Shown here: positions 25,717 through 33,953 of the stretch, piece after piece
Position numbering within the stretch: position 1 is the stretch's first letter
Layout of the letters: every line of letters starts with the position of its first letter
DNA from: an uncultured Pseudohongiella sp.
GTDB lineage: Bacteria; Pseudomonadota; Gammaproteobacteria; Pseudomonadales; Pseudohongiellaceae
Assembly (NCBI GenBank): GCA_964434395.1
Contig: CAYSVD010000006.1
Span: 1-54,895 of the forward strand
DNA length: 54,895 bases
Direction of reading: 5' to 3'
Made by a program: the position numbers and the translations under genes
The notes under the pieces: model-generated
What the model was told of the DNA's origin: nothing
The model's input: only the letters and a program-made list of their open reading frames with translations
The model's database searches: none

Positions 25717-26595
25717 TCAGGGGTCGCCGTCCTGCCGCCGGCGCATCTCCTCGCGCAGGCTCCGCTCGAAGCTGCCGCCCTTGCGGTACTGGCCGTACAT
25801 CAGCTCCTCGACGAACTCGACGCACTTGAACTGCGGCAACTCGAAGCCCTCCTCCAGTCGGCGGTACAGCGGCATGCGGATGGTCCAGGGACGCTCGAAC
25901 ACCTCGGGATCCTCCATGACGGCCGAGTACATGACGACGTTCTCGTCGACCATCTCGTAGCGCTCGGTGACCTTCAACTGGTTGGAGTGGTGGTTGCCGG
26001 CCCGGTCGAACCAGGTCTGGTCGTTCAGTCCGGTGACCTCCACCACCCAGACGTCGCCGTCCCAGTAGCCCCAGGACTGGCCCATCCACGAGTCGAGCGG
26101 CGGCGGTCCGGGATCCTCGAGGAAGACGTTGCGCACCGCGCCGGCGAAGGAGTAGGCGATGAAGAACGCGCTCTCGCTCTGGAAGATCTGGAACGGGTGC
26201 GGCATGTAGGTGGCGCGCGGCACGCCGGGCATGTAGCACTTGATCTCCGGGTCCAGGTTCAGCCAGTCGGCGCGGTTCGCCTCGCGGCGGGCCAGCGCCT
26301 CGGGCCGGTAGGGGATGGCGCCGCCCTCCACCACGCCGAAGCTGGCCGGCACGGCGCCCGCGGCGCCCAGCGCCACCACCGCCGGCGCGGGCACCGGCAC
26401 GAAGTCGCCGGGAACCAGCTGGTAGGCGGCCTTCGGCGGCGCCGCCTCCAGATTGTCGTTGGCGTTCATCATCACCTGCCAGATGCCGTTCAGGTCGGGC
26501 TTGCCCCCCGGCGTCCGGGGGATGCCGCCCGCGGCGGCCTGGGACAGAAAAACGCCCGCGAGCAACGCGGCGGCCGCCGGCCATGGTCTCTTCAT
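25717..26595 (-). CDS. Secreted protein of unknown function (paralog of 19931..20917)
   Basis: 292 aa with a signal peptide and the blocks GGKPDLNGIW, WDGDVWVVEV and VTERY. GGAG lies upstream of the ATG. Confidence 0.7.
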   Translation of the reverse strand: MKRPWPAAAALLAGVFLSQAAAGGIPRTPGGKPDLNGIWQVMMNANDNLEAAPPKAAYQLVPGDFVPVPAPAVVALGAAGAVPASFGVVEGGAIPYRPEALARREANRADWLNLDPEIKCYMPGVPRATYMPHPFQIFQSESAFFIAYSFAGAVRNVFLEDPGPPPLDSWMGQSWGYWDGDVWVVEVTGLNDQTWFDRAGNHHSNQLKVTERYEMVDENVVMYSAVMEDPEVFERPWTIRMPLYRRLEEGFELPQFKCVEFVEELMYGQYRKGGSFERSLREEMRRRQDGDP

Positions 26596-26680
26596 CTTCT
26601 CTCTCCGCCGCCGGGCCCGCGGCCCGGAATCCCTGGAACGTCGGCGATGTAAGCACCCCCGGAAGGGAGTGTCAAGACTG

Positions 26681-26747
26681 GCTGGCTTCGCGGGTTCGCG
26701 GGTGCAGCTTCGCGGGCTGGCTTCGCGGGCTGGCCGCCGGTCGCGGG
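26681..26747. repeat. Cluster of short GC-rich direct repeats (C)TTCGCGGG
   Basis: The stretch gctggCTTCGCGGG TTCGCGGG tgcagCTTCGCGGG ctggCTTCGCGGG ... GTCGCGGG lies between the korB stop and the start region of 25717..26595. Confidence 0.6.
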
Positions 26748-26766
26748 ACCGCCCCGCCTCCGGATG

Positions 26767-27765
26767 TCACTCCACCCGCCAGGTGCGCCCGCCGCGCAGC
26801 AGCTCCCCGAGCGAGCCGGGCGCGCGGCGCGCGGCGGCCCGCGCCGCCCGGTGCTCGGCGTCCAGCGCCGGCCGCTCCCGCCGGTAGATGACGCCGGTCG
26901 CCACGGGCAGCTCCGGGCCCGCCATCGCCGCCAGCAGCCGGGCCTGGGCGATGTTGCCCTCGTCGTGCACCAGGACGCTCCCGTCGGCTGCGTCCGCCAC
27001 GCGCGGCTCGAGCGTCTCCCGGTCCAGCGCGACCGCCTTCTCCCGGTCCCGGCCGAACGCCGCGGGCCGGCCGTGCTCCAGCTCCACCCTGAAGTCCGGC
27101 GCCCGCTTCCGGTCCCGGACCCGCTCGAAGAAGCCGTCGTTGTAGATCGGGCAGTTCTGCAGGATCTCGATGAACGCCGCGCCGCGGTGGCCGTGCCCGC
27201 GCCGGACCGTTTCGGCGAGTCCGGCCGCATCGGTGTCGACGGCGCGCGCGACGAAGGAGCCGCCCGCCCCCAGCGCGAACTGGCACGGGGACAGCGGCGC
27301 GTCGACGGAGCCTTCCGGGGACGAGGGCGAGCGCGTGCCGCGCCGCGAGGTGGGGGAGTACTGCCCCTTGGTCAGGCCGTAGATCTCGTTGTTGAACAGC
27401 AGGATGTTGAGGTCCACGTTGCGGCGCAGCGCGTGCAGCATGTGGTTGCCGCCGATGGAGAGCCCGTCGCCGTCGCCGGTGATCACCCACACGTCCAGCT
27501 CCGGATTGGCCAGCTTCACCCCGGTGGCGATCGCCGGCGCCCGGCCGTGGATGGTGTGGAAGCCGTAGGTGTTCATGTAATAGGGAAAGCGCGACGAGCA
27601 ACCGATGCCGGAGACGAACACCTGCCGCTCCCGCGGGCGGCCCAGCTCCGGCATCAGCTTCTGCAGGGTCTTCAGGATGGCGTAGTCGCCGCATCCCGGA
27701 CACCACCGCACCTCCTGGCCGGACGCGTAGTCCCTGTCGGCGGGCCGGGGCGGCGGGGAGTTCAT
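26767..27765 (-). CDS. korB: 2-oxoglutarate/2-oxoacid:ferredoxin oxidoreductase beta subunit
   Basis: 332 aa starting at ATG 27765, with WCPGCGDYAIL, GIGCSSR and GDGDGLSIGGNH (TPP-binding). ATGA overlap with korA. Confidence 0.9.
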   Translation of the reverse strand: MNSPPPRPADRDYASGQEVRWCPGCGDYAILKTLQKLMPELGRPRERQVFVSGIGCSSRFPYYMNTYGFHTIHGRAPAIATGVKLANPELDVWVITGDGDGLSIGGNHMLHALRRNVDLNILLFNNEIYGLTKGQYSPTSRRGTRSPSSPEGSVDAPLSPCQFALGAGGSFVARAVDTDAAGLAETVRRGHGHRGAAFIEILQNCPIYNDGFFERVRDRKRAPDFRVELEHGRPAAFGRDREKAVALDRETLEPRVADAADGSVLVHDEGNIAQARLLAAMAGPELPVATGVIYRRERPALDAEHRAARAAARRAPGSLGELLRGGRTWRVE

Positions 27766-29660
27766 GACGGCCCCGCCGCCTCGGCGCACCGGCGGCGGAT
27801 CTCCGCCAGGATCTCGCCGATCCGGAACGGATGGCCGGTCGCCTTGTTCAGCCCGGCCGCGTCGATCAGGTACTCGGCGCGCAGCAGGCGGACGAATTGC
27901 CCGGTGTTCATCTCCGGAACCAGCACCGCATCGAAGCGGCGCAGCAGCTCCCCGAGGTTCGCCGGCAGGGGCGCGAGGTGCCGCACGTGGATGTGCGAGA
28001 CCGCGAGCCCCTCGGCCCGGGCCCGCCGGACGGCCTGGTGGATGGCGCCGAAGGTGGAGCCCCAGCCGACCACCGCGAGCCGGCCGGCGTCCTCGCCCAG
28101 GCTGACCCGCTGCGGCGGGAGGTCCGCCGCGATGCCGTCGATCTTGGCCTTGCGCAGCTCGGTCATCTTCTGGTGGTTGGCGGGGTCGTAGGAGATGTCG
28201 CCGGAGTCGAAGTCGCGCTCCAGCCCGCCGAGGCGGTGCTCGAGGCCGGGGGCGCCCGGCCTCGCCCAGACCCGGGCCAGGGTCCGCCCGTCGCGCAGGG
28301 CCGGCGAGAAGCCCTCCGGATCCCGGCGGTGCCGCACCGGAAAGGGCGTCAGCGCCTCCGGGTCCGGGATCCGCCACGGCTCGGACGCGTTGGCCAGGTA
28401 GCCGTCCGACAGCAGCAGCACCGGGGTCATGTACCGCACCGCCAGCCGCGCCGCCTCGATGGCCGCGTCGAAGCAGTCGGCGGGGGTGGCGGCGGCGAGC
28501 ACCGGCGCCGGCGCGTCGCCGTGGCGGCCGAACAGGGCCATGTTCAGATCCGACTGCTCGGTCTTGGTCGGCAGCCCGGTGGAGGGGCCGCCGCGCTGCG
28601 TGTCGATGACCACCAGCGGCAGCTCGACGGCGGCGGCGAGGCTCACGCCCTCGGACTTCAGGGCGACGCCCGGCCCGGCGCTGGACGTGACGCCGAGCGA
28701 GCCGGCGAAGGAGGCGCCGAGGGCGGCGCACACCGCCGCGATCTCGTCCTCGGCCTGGAAGGTGGCGACCCGGAACGCCCCGCGCCCGGCCAGCTCGTGC
28801 AGCAGGCCGGACGCCGGCGTGATCGGGTAGGAGGCGAACAGCAGGTCGATGTCGGCGAGCTCCGACGCAGCGATCAGCCCCCAGGCCATGGCCGCGGAGC
28901 CGGTGACGTTCCGGTAGACGCCGGGGGCCATCTTCGCGGGCGGCACCCGGCGCGCGTGGATGCCGGCCGGCAGCTCGGCCGTCTCGCCCCAGGCGTGGCC
29001 GGCGTTCAGCGCCCGGACGCCGGCGTCCGCCACGTCCGGGCGGGAGGCGAAACGGGCCCTGATGCTCTCGACGGTCGGGCCGCGGTCCCGGTCGAACAGC
29101 CACATCACCAGCCCCAGCGCCCACATGTTGCGGCAGCGCAGCGCGTCGCTGCGGCCGAGCCCGCCGGCGCCGGCCGCCTCGAGCGTCCGGGCGGAGATGT
29201 CGACGGCGATCACCCGGAACCGGTCCAGCGAGCCGTCCTCCAGCGGGTCGGACGCGCAACCGGCCCGGGCGAGGTTCCGGGCGGTGAAGGCGCCGCTGTC
29301 GGCGATGATCAGCCCGCCCTCCACCAGGTTGCCGACGTTGGTCGCCAGCGCGGCCGGGTTCAGGGCCACCAGCACGTCGACGGCGTCGCCGGCGGTGGTG
29401 ACGTCCTCGCTCCCGAAGTGGATCTGGAACGACGAGACGCCGAAGGCGGAGCCGGCCGGCGCGCGGATCTCGGCCGGAAAATCGGGGAAGGTGGACAGGT
29501 CGTTGCCGTGCAGCGCCGCGGCCTGGGTGAAGTTGTTGCCGGCCAGCTGCATGCCGTCGCCGGAGTCGCCGGCGAAGCGCACCACCGCCGCGGCCGCGTC
29601 CTCCCCGTCGAGGCGGCGCCCGCTCGGGTCTTCGCTGGACGGTCGGGGGGTCGGGCTCAT
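27762..29660 (-). CDS. korA: 2-oxoglutarate/2-oxoacid:ferredoxin oxidoreductase alpha subunit
   Basis: 632 aa with FAGDSGDGMQL and YPITPAS, which fits the fused alpha/gamma-type KorA pattern. Confidence 0.9.
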   Translation of the reverse strand: MSPTPRPSSEDPSGRRLDGEDAAAAVVRFAGDSGDGMQLAGNNFTQAAALHGNDLSTFPDFPAEIRAPAGSAFGVSSFQIHFGSEDVTTAGDAVDVLVALNPAALATNVGNLVEGGLIIADSGAFTARNLARAGCASDPLEDGSLDRFRVIAVDISARTLEAAGAGGLGRSDALRCRNMWALGLVMWLFDRDRGPTVESIRARFASRPDVADAGVRALNAGHAWGETAELPAGIHARRVPPAKMAPGVYRNVTGSAAMAWGLIAASELADIDLLFASYPITPASGLLHELAGRGAFRVATFQAEDEIAAVCAALGASFAGSLGVTSSAGPGVALKSEGVSLAAAVELPLVVIDTQRGGPSTGLPTKTEQSDLNMALFGRHGDAPAPVLAAATPADCFDAAIEAARLAVRYMTPVLLLSDGYLANASEPWRIPDPEALTPFPVRHRRDPEGFSPALRDGRTLARVWARPGAPGLEHRLGGLERDFDSGDISYDPANHQKMTELRKAKIDGIAADLPPQRVSLGEDAGRLAVVGWGSTFGAIHQAVRRARAEGLAVSHIHVRHLAPLPANLGELLRRFDAVLVPEMNTGQFVRLLRAEYLIDAAGLNKATGHPFRIGEILAEIRRRCAEAAGPS

Positions 29661-29909
29661 TCGGGGAAACGGCGCGGCATCTGCCGGAAAACCGGCATGT
29701 TAGCAGACCGGACGGGCCGTCCGCCCGCGCCCGACGGCGCTCGATGATGTACTCTCCCCCCGCGGTCCCGCGATGCGCGGGCAGGTTCCCGTCGAATCCG
29801 CGCCCGGCGCGTCGCCGCCCCCGGTTCGGGCGCTCCCGCCCGGCGAAGGTTTGCCGCCCGGATTCCGTACAAGGGGACGACGCGACCATTCGTTCCCAAG
29901 GAGGACACC

Positions 29910-30476
29910 ATGCGCATCACGAACACGATCATCGGCCTGGCGTTGACCGGCCTGTTCGCCGCGGCCCCGGCCGCCGAGGAGCGTCCCGCCGGCCAGCGGA
30001 CGCTGGAGCGGCTCGACGCCGACGGCGACGGGACGGTGAGCTTCGCCGAATTCCAGGAGAGCGCCGATGCGGAGATCGACCGGCTCGATGCCGACGGCGA
30101 CGGCTTCCTGTCCCTCGAGGAGTTCGCGGTCGCGGAGTTGCGGGGCCGGCGGGGCTCCCGCCGGGGCGGCGGCGGCGCGTCCGATGAGCGCTTCCAGGAG
30201 CGGGACGCCGACGGCGACGGCCTGCTGTCCCTCGAGGAGTTCACGGCCGCGGCGCCGCGCGGGGAGGCGATGCGCGCCCGGATGGCCGAACGCTTCCAGG
30301 AGCGGGACACCGACGGCGACGGACTGCTGTCCGCCGCCGAGATGGTCGAGGCCCGCTTCCTGGCCCTGGACGACAACAGCGACGGCCTGCTGGACGGGAG
30401 CGAGCTGCGCCGCCAGGAACGCGGCCGCTTCGGCCGCCGCGGCGGAGGACCCCGGGGACGGGCGCGGCCGCGATAG
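29910..30476 (+). CDS. Secreted multi-EF-hand calcium-binding protein
   Basis: 188 aa with a signal peptide and five DxDxDG loops (DADGDGTVSFAEF, DADGDGFLSLEEF, DADGDGLLSLEEF, DTDGDGLLSAAEM, DDNSDGLLDGSEL). Confidence 0.85.
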   Translation: MRITNTIIGLALTGLFAAAPAAEERPAGQRTLERLDADGDGTVSFAEFQESADAEIDRLDADGDGFLSLEEFAVAELRGRRGSRRGGGGASDERFQERDADGDGLLSLEEFTAAAPRGEAMRARMAERFQERDTDGDGLLSAAEMVEARFLALDDNSDGLLDGSELRRQERGRFGRRGGGPRGRARPR

Positions 30477-30519
30477 GCCGGACGGCGGGCTGGCGGCGGC
30501 GTGGGCGGCCGGACGCGCG

Positions 30520-31086
30520 ATGAGCGATGAAGAGCTGATGGAGGCGGTGCGCAATGGTGACGAGGCGGCCTACCGGACCCTGGTCCGGCGGCACCTCGGG
30601 GCGGTCAGCCGCTACGCCTTCCGGCTGCTGGGGGACCGTCACGAGACCGAGGACGTCGCGCAGGAGACCTTCCTGAAGCTGTGGACCGCCGCCTCGCGCT
30701 GGCGGCCCGAAAAGGCCCGGCTGTCGACCTGGCTGCACCGCATCGCCCACAACCTGTGCGTGGACCGGTTGCGCCGGCGCGCCCGCTCCCCGTCGCCGGA
30801 CGAGGCCGGGGACGCGGCGGACGGCGGCGAGGACGCCGGACCGGACCCGGGCGAGCGGCTGGACGGGGACCGCGAGAGCGCCGCGTTGCGCGCCGCCGTC
30901 GGGCGGCTGCCGGAAAACCAGCGCACGGCGCTGATGCTGTGCCATTACGGCGGCTTCTCCAACAAGGAGGCGGCCGCCGTCATGGGCGTGTCGCTCAAGG
31001 CGCTGGAGTCGGCCGTCGGCCGGGCGCGGCGCGGCCTGTGCGCCATGCTCGGCGGAGGAGAAAAGGGAGACGGTCATGGATCTTGA
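30520..31086 (+). CDS. ECF-type RNA polymerase sigma-70 family factor
   Basis: 188 aa from ATG 30520. Region 2 reads ETEDVAQETFLKLW...WLHRIAHNLCVD and region 4 reads LPENQRTALMLCHYGGFSNKEAAAVMGVSLKALES. Confidence 0.9.
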   Translation: MSDEELMEAVRNGDEAAYRTLVRRHLGAVSRYAFRLLGDRHETEDVAQETFLKLWTAASRWRPEKARLSTWLHRIAHNLCVDRLRRRARSPSPDEAGDAADGGEDAGPDPGERLDGDRESAALRAAVGRLPENQRTALMLCHYGGFSNKEAAAVMGVSLKALESAVGRARRGLCAMLGGGEKGDGHGS

Positions 31087-31531
31087 GGAGTTCGCGCGGC
31101 GCCTTGAAACCCTCGGCTGCGAACCGGCGCGCTGGCCGGCGCCGCTCGCCGGGGCGGCCGAGGCGCTCCTGCGCGAGAGCGGCCCGGCCCGGGCCGCCCT
31201 GGCGCGCCACCGCGAGCTGGCCGCCCGGCTCGACCGGATCCCGGCGCCGGATTTCCCGGGCCTCGAGCGGAAGGTGCTCGAGCGGCCGCTGCCGCCCCGG
31301 CCCCTGAGCCCGGGCGACCGGCTGGTGGGCTGGCTGCTGCCCGGGCAGGCGGCGGGCGCGGCGCTGCTGCGGCCCGCCCTGGCCGCCTGCCTGTCCCTGC
31401 TCCTGGGCGCGGCGGCGGGCGGTTTCCACAGTTTCGGCGTCGGCGCGGAGCCCGACGGCTTCGAAAGCTGGGACGACGAGCTCATCATGCTGTCCTTCAG
31501 CGACCTGTCCGGGAACGGGGAGCCGCCATGA
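31076..31531 (+). CDS. Putative membrane anti-sigma factor
   Basis: 151 aa, overlapping the sigma gene by 11 nt. Has a single central hydrophobic helix. The call rests on position. Confidence 0.5.
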   Translation: MDLEEFARRLETLGCEPARWPAPLAGAAEALLRESGPARAALARHRELAARLDRIPAPDFPGLERKVLERPLPPRPLSPGDRLVGWLLPGQAAGAALLRPALAACLSLLLGAAAGGFHSFGVGAEPDGFESWDDELIMLSFSDLSGNGEPP

Positions 31532-32016
31532 TCCGCCGCAACCTGCCGCTGTTCGCGCTGCTGCTTTCCGTCGGCCTCAACCTGTTCCTGCTCGGCGGCA
31601 TCGGCATGCGCCTGTTCCAAGCCGAAACGCGCGCCGCGGTCCGCCCCTTCCCGCCCAGCATCGGCTGGATCCTGCGGGATCTGGACGAGGAGCGGCGGGC
31701 GCAGCTGCGGGAGCTCGCCGCGCCCTTCGCCGAGGAGATCCGCCCGCTGCGCCGCGACATGCTTGCCGCCCAGCGCCGGGTCAACGCGCTGATGGCCGCG
31801 CCCGACTACGACGGCGAGGCGCTCGCCGCGGCCTTCGCCGAGCTGCGCGAGGCCAGCCGGCGCTACGCCGACCTGTCCCACCGCCAGACCGCCGTCATCC
31901 TGGGCGAGCTGAGCGCGGACGAGCGGCGGGCCGCCTTGGAATTCGTGCGCCGGCGCGGTCCCCGCGACGGCGGCGGCCCGCGCCGGGGCGGCCGGCCGGA
32001 CCGGACCGGCCGCTGA
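31528..32016 (+). CDS. Periplasmic heavy-metal-sensor / Spy-CpxP-like protein
   Basis: 162 aa with ATGA overlap to the upstream gene. Has an N-terminal TM or signal sequence, then a helical domain with a pattern typical of sensors co-encoded with ECF sigma factors. Confidence 0.6.
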   Translation: MIRRNLPLFALLLSVGLNLFLLGGIGMRLFQAETRAAVRPFPPSIGWILRDLDEERRAQLRELAAPFAEEIRPLRRDMLAAQRRVNALMAAPDYDGEALAAAFAELREASRRYADLSHRQTAVILGELSADERRAALEFVRRRGPRDGGGPRRGGRPDRTGR

Positions 32017-32038
32017 GATCCCGTTCCCGCCCGGATGC

Positions 32039-33523
32039 TCAGTCCATCTCCAGCGTTTTCTGCGGGCTGGGCGCGGTGGCTATGTTGGGGGTCTCGAAGC
32101 GCCCGCCTTCCAGTATCTCCTGAACGGTCAGCAACTGCATCTTCGGATACGCCTTCCCCATCACCTCGACGTCCCCGGCCTGCGCCATCGATGTGAGGAA
32201 GTTCTCCCTCTTCCGCTCCCCTATGTCCATCACGATCAGCCCGGCCATGTCCGCGCTGTCGTCCTCCAGTACGCCTTTCAGGGCGCGGACCGCCTCTATC
32301 CCCACATTCCCGCCTCCCTTGACCTCCACGATCATCGTGCGGGTCGCGTCCTTCTCGTCCGTCGGGTCGATGTAGAAGATCCGCCCGTCGATTCCGCCAT
32401 CGGCCGATTTCTTCGTGGTGACGAACCCGTCCACCTGCTCGATGGCCCATTTCTGGAACTGGTAGGCGTCCCTCTCCCACAGATCGCGGGCGTCCTCCAT
32501 GTACCGGGGAACGCCCTCGACGACGAAGTCCTTGCCCTCCTTCAACCGCAGCATCTCCTCGAGACGGGCCGCCGCGACCCGTTTGACGGCGTGGATCGTG
32601 ATGTCGACGCCGATCCACCTTCTCCCGAGCTCATGGGCGGCGTGCATCGTGGTGGCGCAGCCGCAGAACGGATCCAGCACCACATCGCCGGGATCGCTGC
32701 TGGCGGCCACGATCCGGCGCAAAAGGTCCACCGGTTTTTCCGTCGCGTATCCCGTGCGCTCCGGGTTTTTGATGTCCGTCTGATAGGTCGCGATGTCGGA
32801 CCAGACGGACGTCACGGGCACGCCCTTGGCCTCGTCGAGATACAGGCGCCTGCTCTTGGTGATCGACTTGTATCTGCGCCCATCCTTGTCCACTCCCGAG
32901 AAGCGCTTGAGCTGGCTTTCGTCGTACGGGAGCCATTCCTTGTTGAACGTCCGCCGCTTTTCCGATGCACAGTAATACAGGATGACGTCATGGCCGCGCA
33001 CCCAGTTTTCAGCCAGCGCCTTGTATCCCGCGGCCGCCTTCGTCTCCCAGATGATTTCGCGCCGGAAGCGTTCGCGGCCGAAGATCGCGTCGAGCAGCAC
33101 CTTGATGTAGTGCGAAGCGGCCGGGTCGCAGTGGAAGTAAAGGCTCCCCGCGGGCTTCAGGACGATCTTCATGGCGAGGATCCGCTCCAGCATGTAGGCC
33201 AGATAGGCGAGCAGGTTTTTGTCGATGTGGCGCAACGCCTTCACCCACTGGATCCAGAACGCCACCACATCCGGGCTCGTCGCCGCGTCCAGCATCTCCC
33301 TCGGCAGCCTTTCCAGCAGCCTTTCCGTGTCGGCGTTCAGCCGCCACATGTCGCTGAACGCCTCGGCCTGCGCGGGGATGGGACGCCCGGTGGCGTCCTT
33401 GTAGATGGTGTGGTAGTCGCGGTTGGAGTTGAAGGGCGGATCGAGGTAGATCAAATCCACGCTGCGAGGCGCTATTTCCCGGCGCATGATGTCCAAACAG
33501 TCCCCGTAATAGAGCTTGTTCAT
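32039..33523 (-). CDS. Beta-class N6-adenine/N4-cytosine DNA methyltransferase fused to a C-terminal Mrr-cat-like restriction endonuclease domain
   Basis: 494 aa from ATG 33523, with GGGAG 5-6 nt upstream. Motif IV is DLIYLDPPFNS and motif I is VLDPFCGCATTMHAA. The C-terminal part reads QKWAIE...SADGGIDGRIF...MIVEVKGGGNVG (D...ExK nuclease-like). GC is lower than in the flanks. Confidence 0.85.
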   Translation of the reverse strand: MNKLYYGDCLDIMRREIAPRSVDLIYLDPPFNSNRDYHTIYKDATGRPIPAQAEAFSDMWRLNADTERLLERLPREMLDAATSPDVVAFWIQWVKALRHIDKNLLAYLAYMLERILAMKIVLKPAGSLYFHCDPAASHYIKVLLDAIFGRERFRREIIWETKAAAGYKALAENWVRGHDVILYYCASEKRRTFNKEWLPYDESQLKRFSGVDKDGRRYKSITKSRRLYLDEAKGVPVTSVWSDIATYQTDIKNPERTGYATEKPVDLLRRIVAASSDPGDVVLDPFCGCATTMHAAHELGRRWIGVDITIHAVKRVAAARLEEMLRLKEGKDFVVEGVPRYMEDARDLWERDAYQFQKWAIEQVDGFVTTKKSADGGIDGRIFYIDPTDEKDATRTMIVEVKGGGNVGIEAVRALKGVLEDDSADMAGLIVMDIGERKRENFLTSMAQAGDVEVMGKAYPKMQLLTVQEILEGGRFETPNIATAPSPQKTLEMD

Positions 33524-33577
33524 GCCGTCTCCCGGTCCGCCGCCACGCCGGCGACACCGTCCCATCAGCCCCGTATG

Positions 33578-33615
33578 GTACATTGCTTATAATCAAATGT
33601 ACAGCCCAAGTCCAA
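33578..33615 (-). promoter_or_regulatory. Candidate sigma70 promoter and operator of the methyltransferase gene
   Basis: On the minus strand, TTGGAC (33615-33610), an 18-nt spacer, then TATAAG (33591-33586). A 7-bp inverted repeat GTACATT/AATGTAC (33578-33584 and 33596-33602) brackets the -10. The plus strand reads TATAAT at 33588-33593. Confidence 0.3.
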
Positions 33616-33650
33616 GCCCAAGTCCAAGCCCCAAGTCCTGCCCAAGTCCA
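33605..33650. repeat. Tandem repeat, about four copies of a 12-bp unit CCCAAGTCCAAG
   Basis: Reads cccaagtccaag cccaagtccaag ccccaagtcctg cccaagtcca. It is intergenic, upstream of the methyltransferase gene. Confidence 0.85.
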
Positions 33651-33810
33651 TTCCGGTGTTCATTCCAAGCCCGCGCCGCGTTCCCGCCAAGCGGCGACGG
33701 ACTTAGGCCGGATGCCCGGGGCGGCCTTGTCCACTCGAGAGCGGACCTGAACCGACTCACGCGCGATGCCTCAAGTTGATCGGACCCCGCGCCGGACCAA
33801 GGGCCGGGGG

Positions 33811-33852
33811 GTGGAGAGAGAGAAAGTGGAGAGAGAAAGTGGAGAGAGAAAG
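33811..33852. repeat. Tandem repeat, three copies of GTGGAGAGAG(AG)AAA
   Basis: Reads gtggagagagagaaa gtggagagagaaa gtggagagagaaa, followed immediately by GTTGACT. It is intergenic, about 100 nt upstream of 33954. Confidence 0.85.
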
Positions 33853-33953
33853 TTGACTTCCTTTCCGTCATCCTCCACAGTTCAGGAGAGGATGGCGGGA
33901 ATGGCGTTGTCCCGCGGTTGCCGCAGACAATCTGGCTTTTAGGGAGACATGCC

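Noticed and set aside
33605-33852. Possible CRISPR array.
   Set aside because: The units are only 12-15 bp, are directly tandem without spacers, and form two unrelated arrays of 3-4 copies. No cas genes are present.
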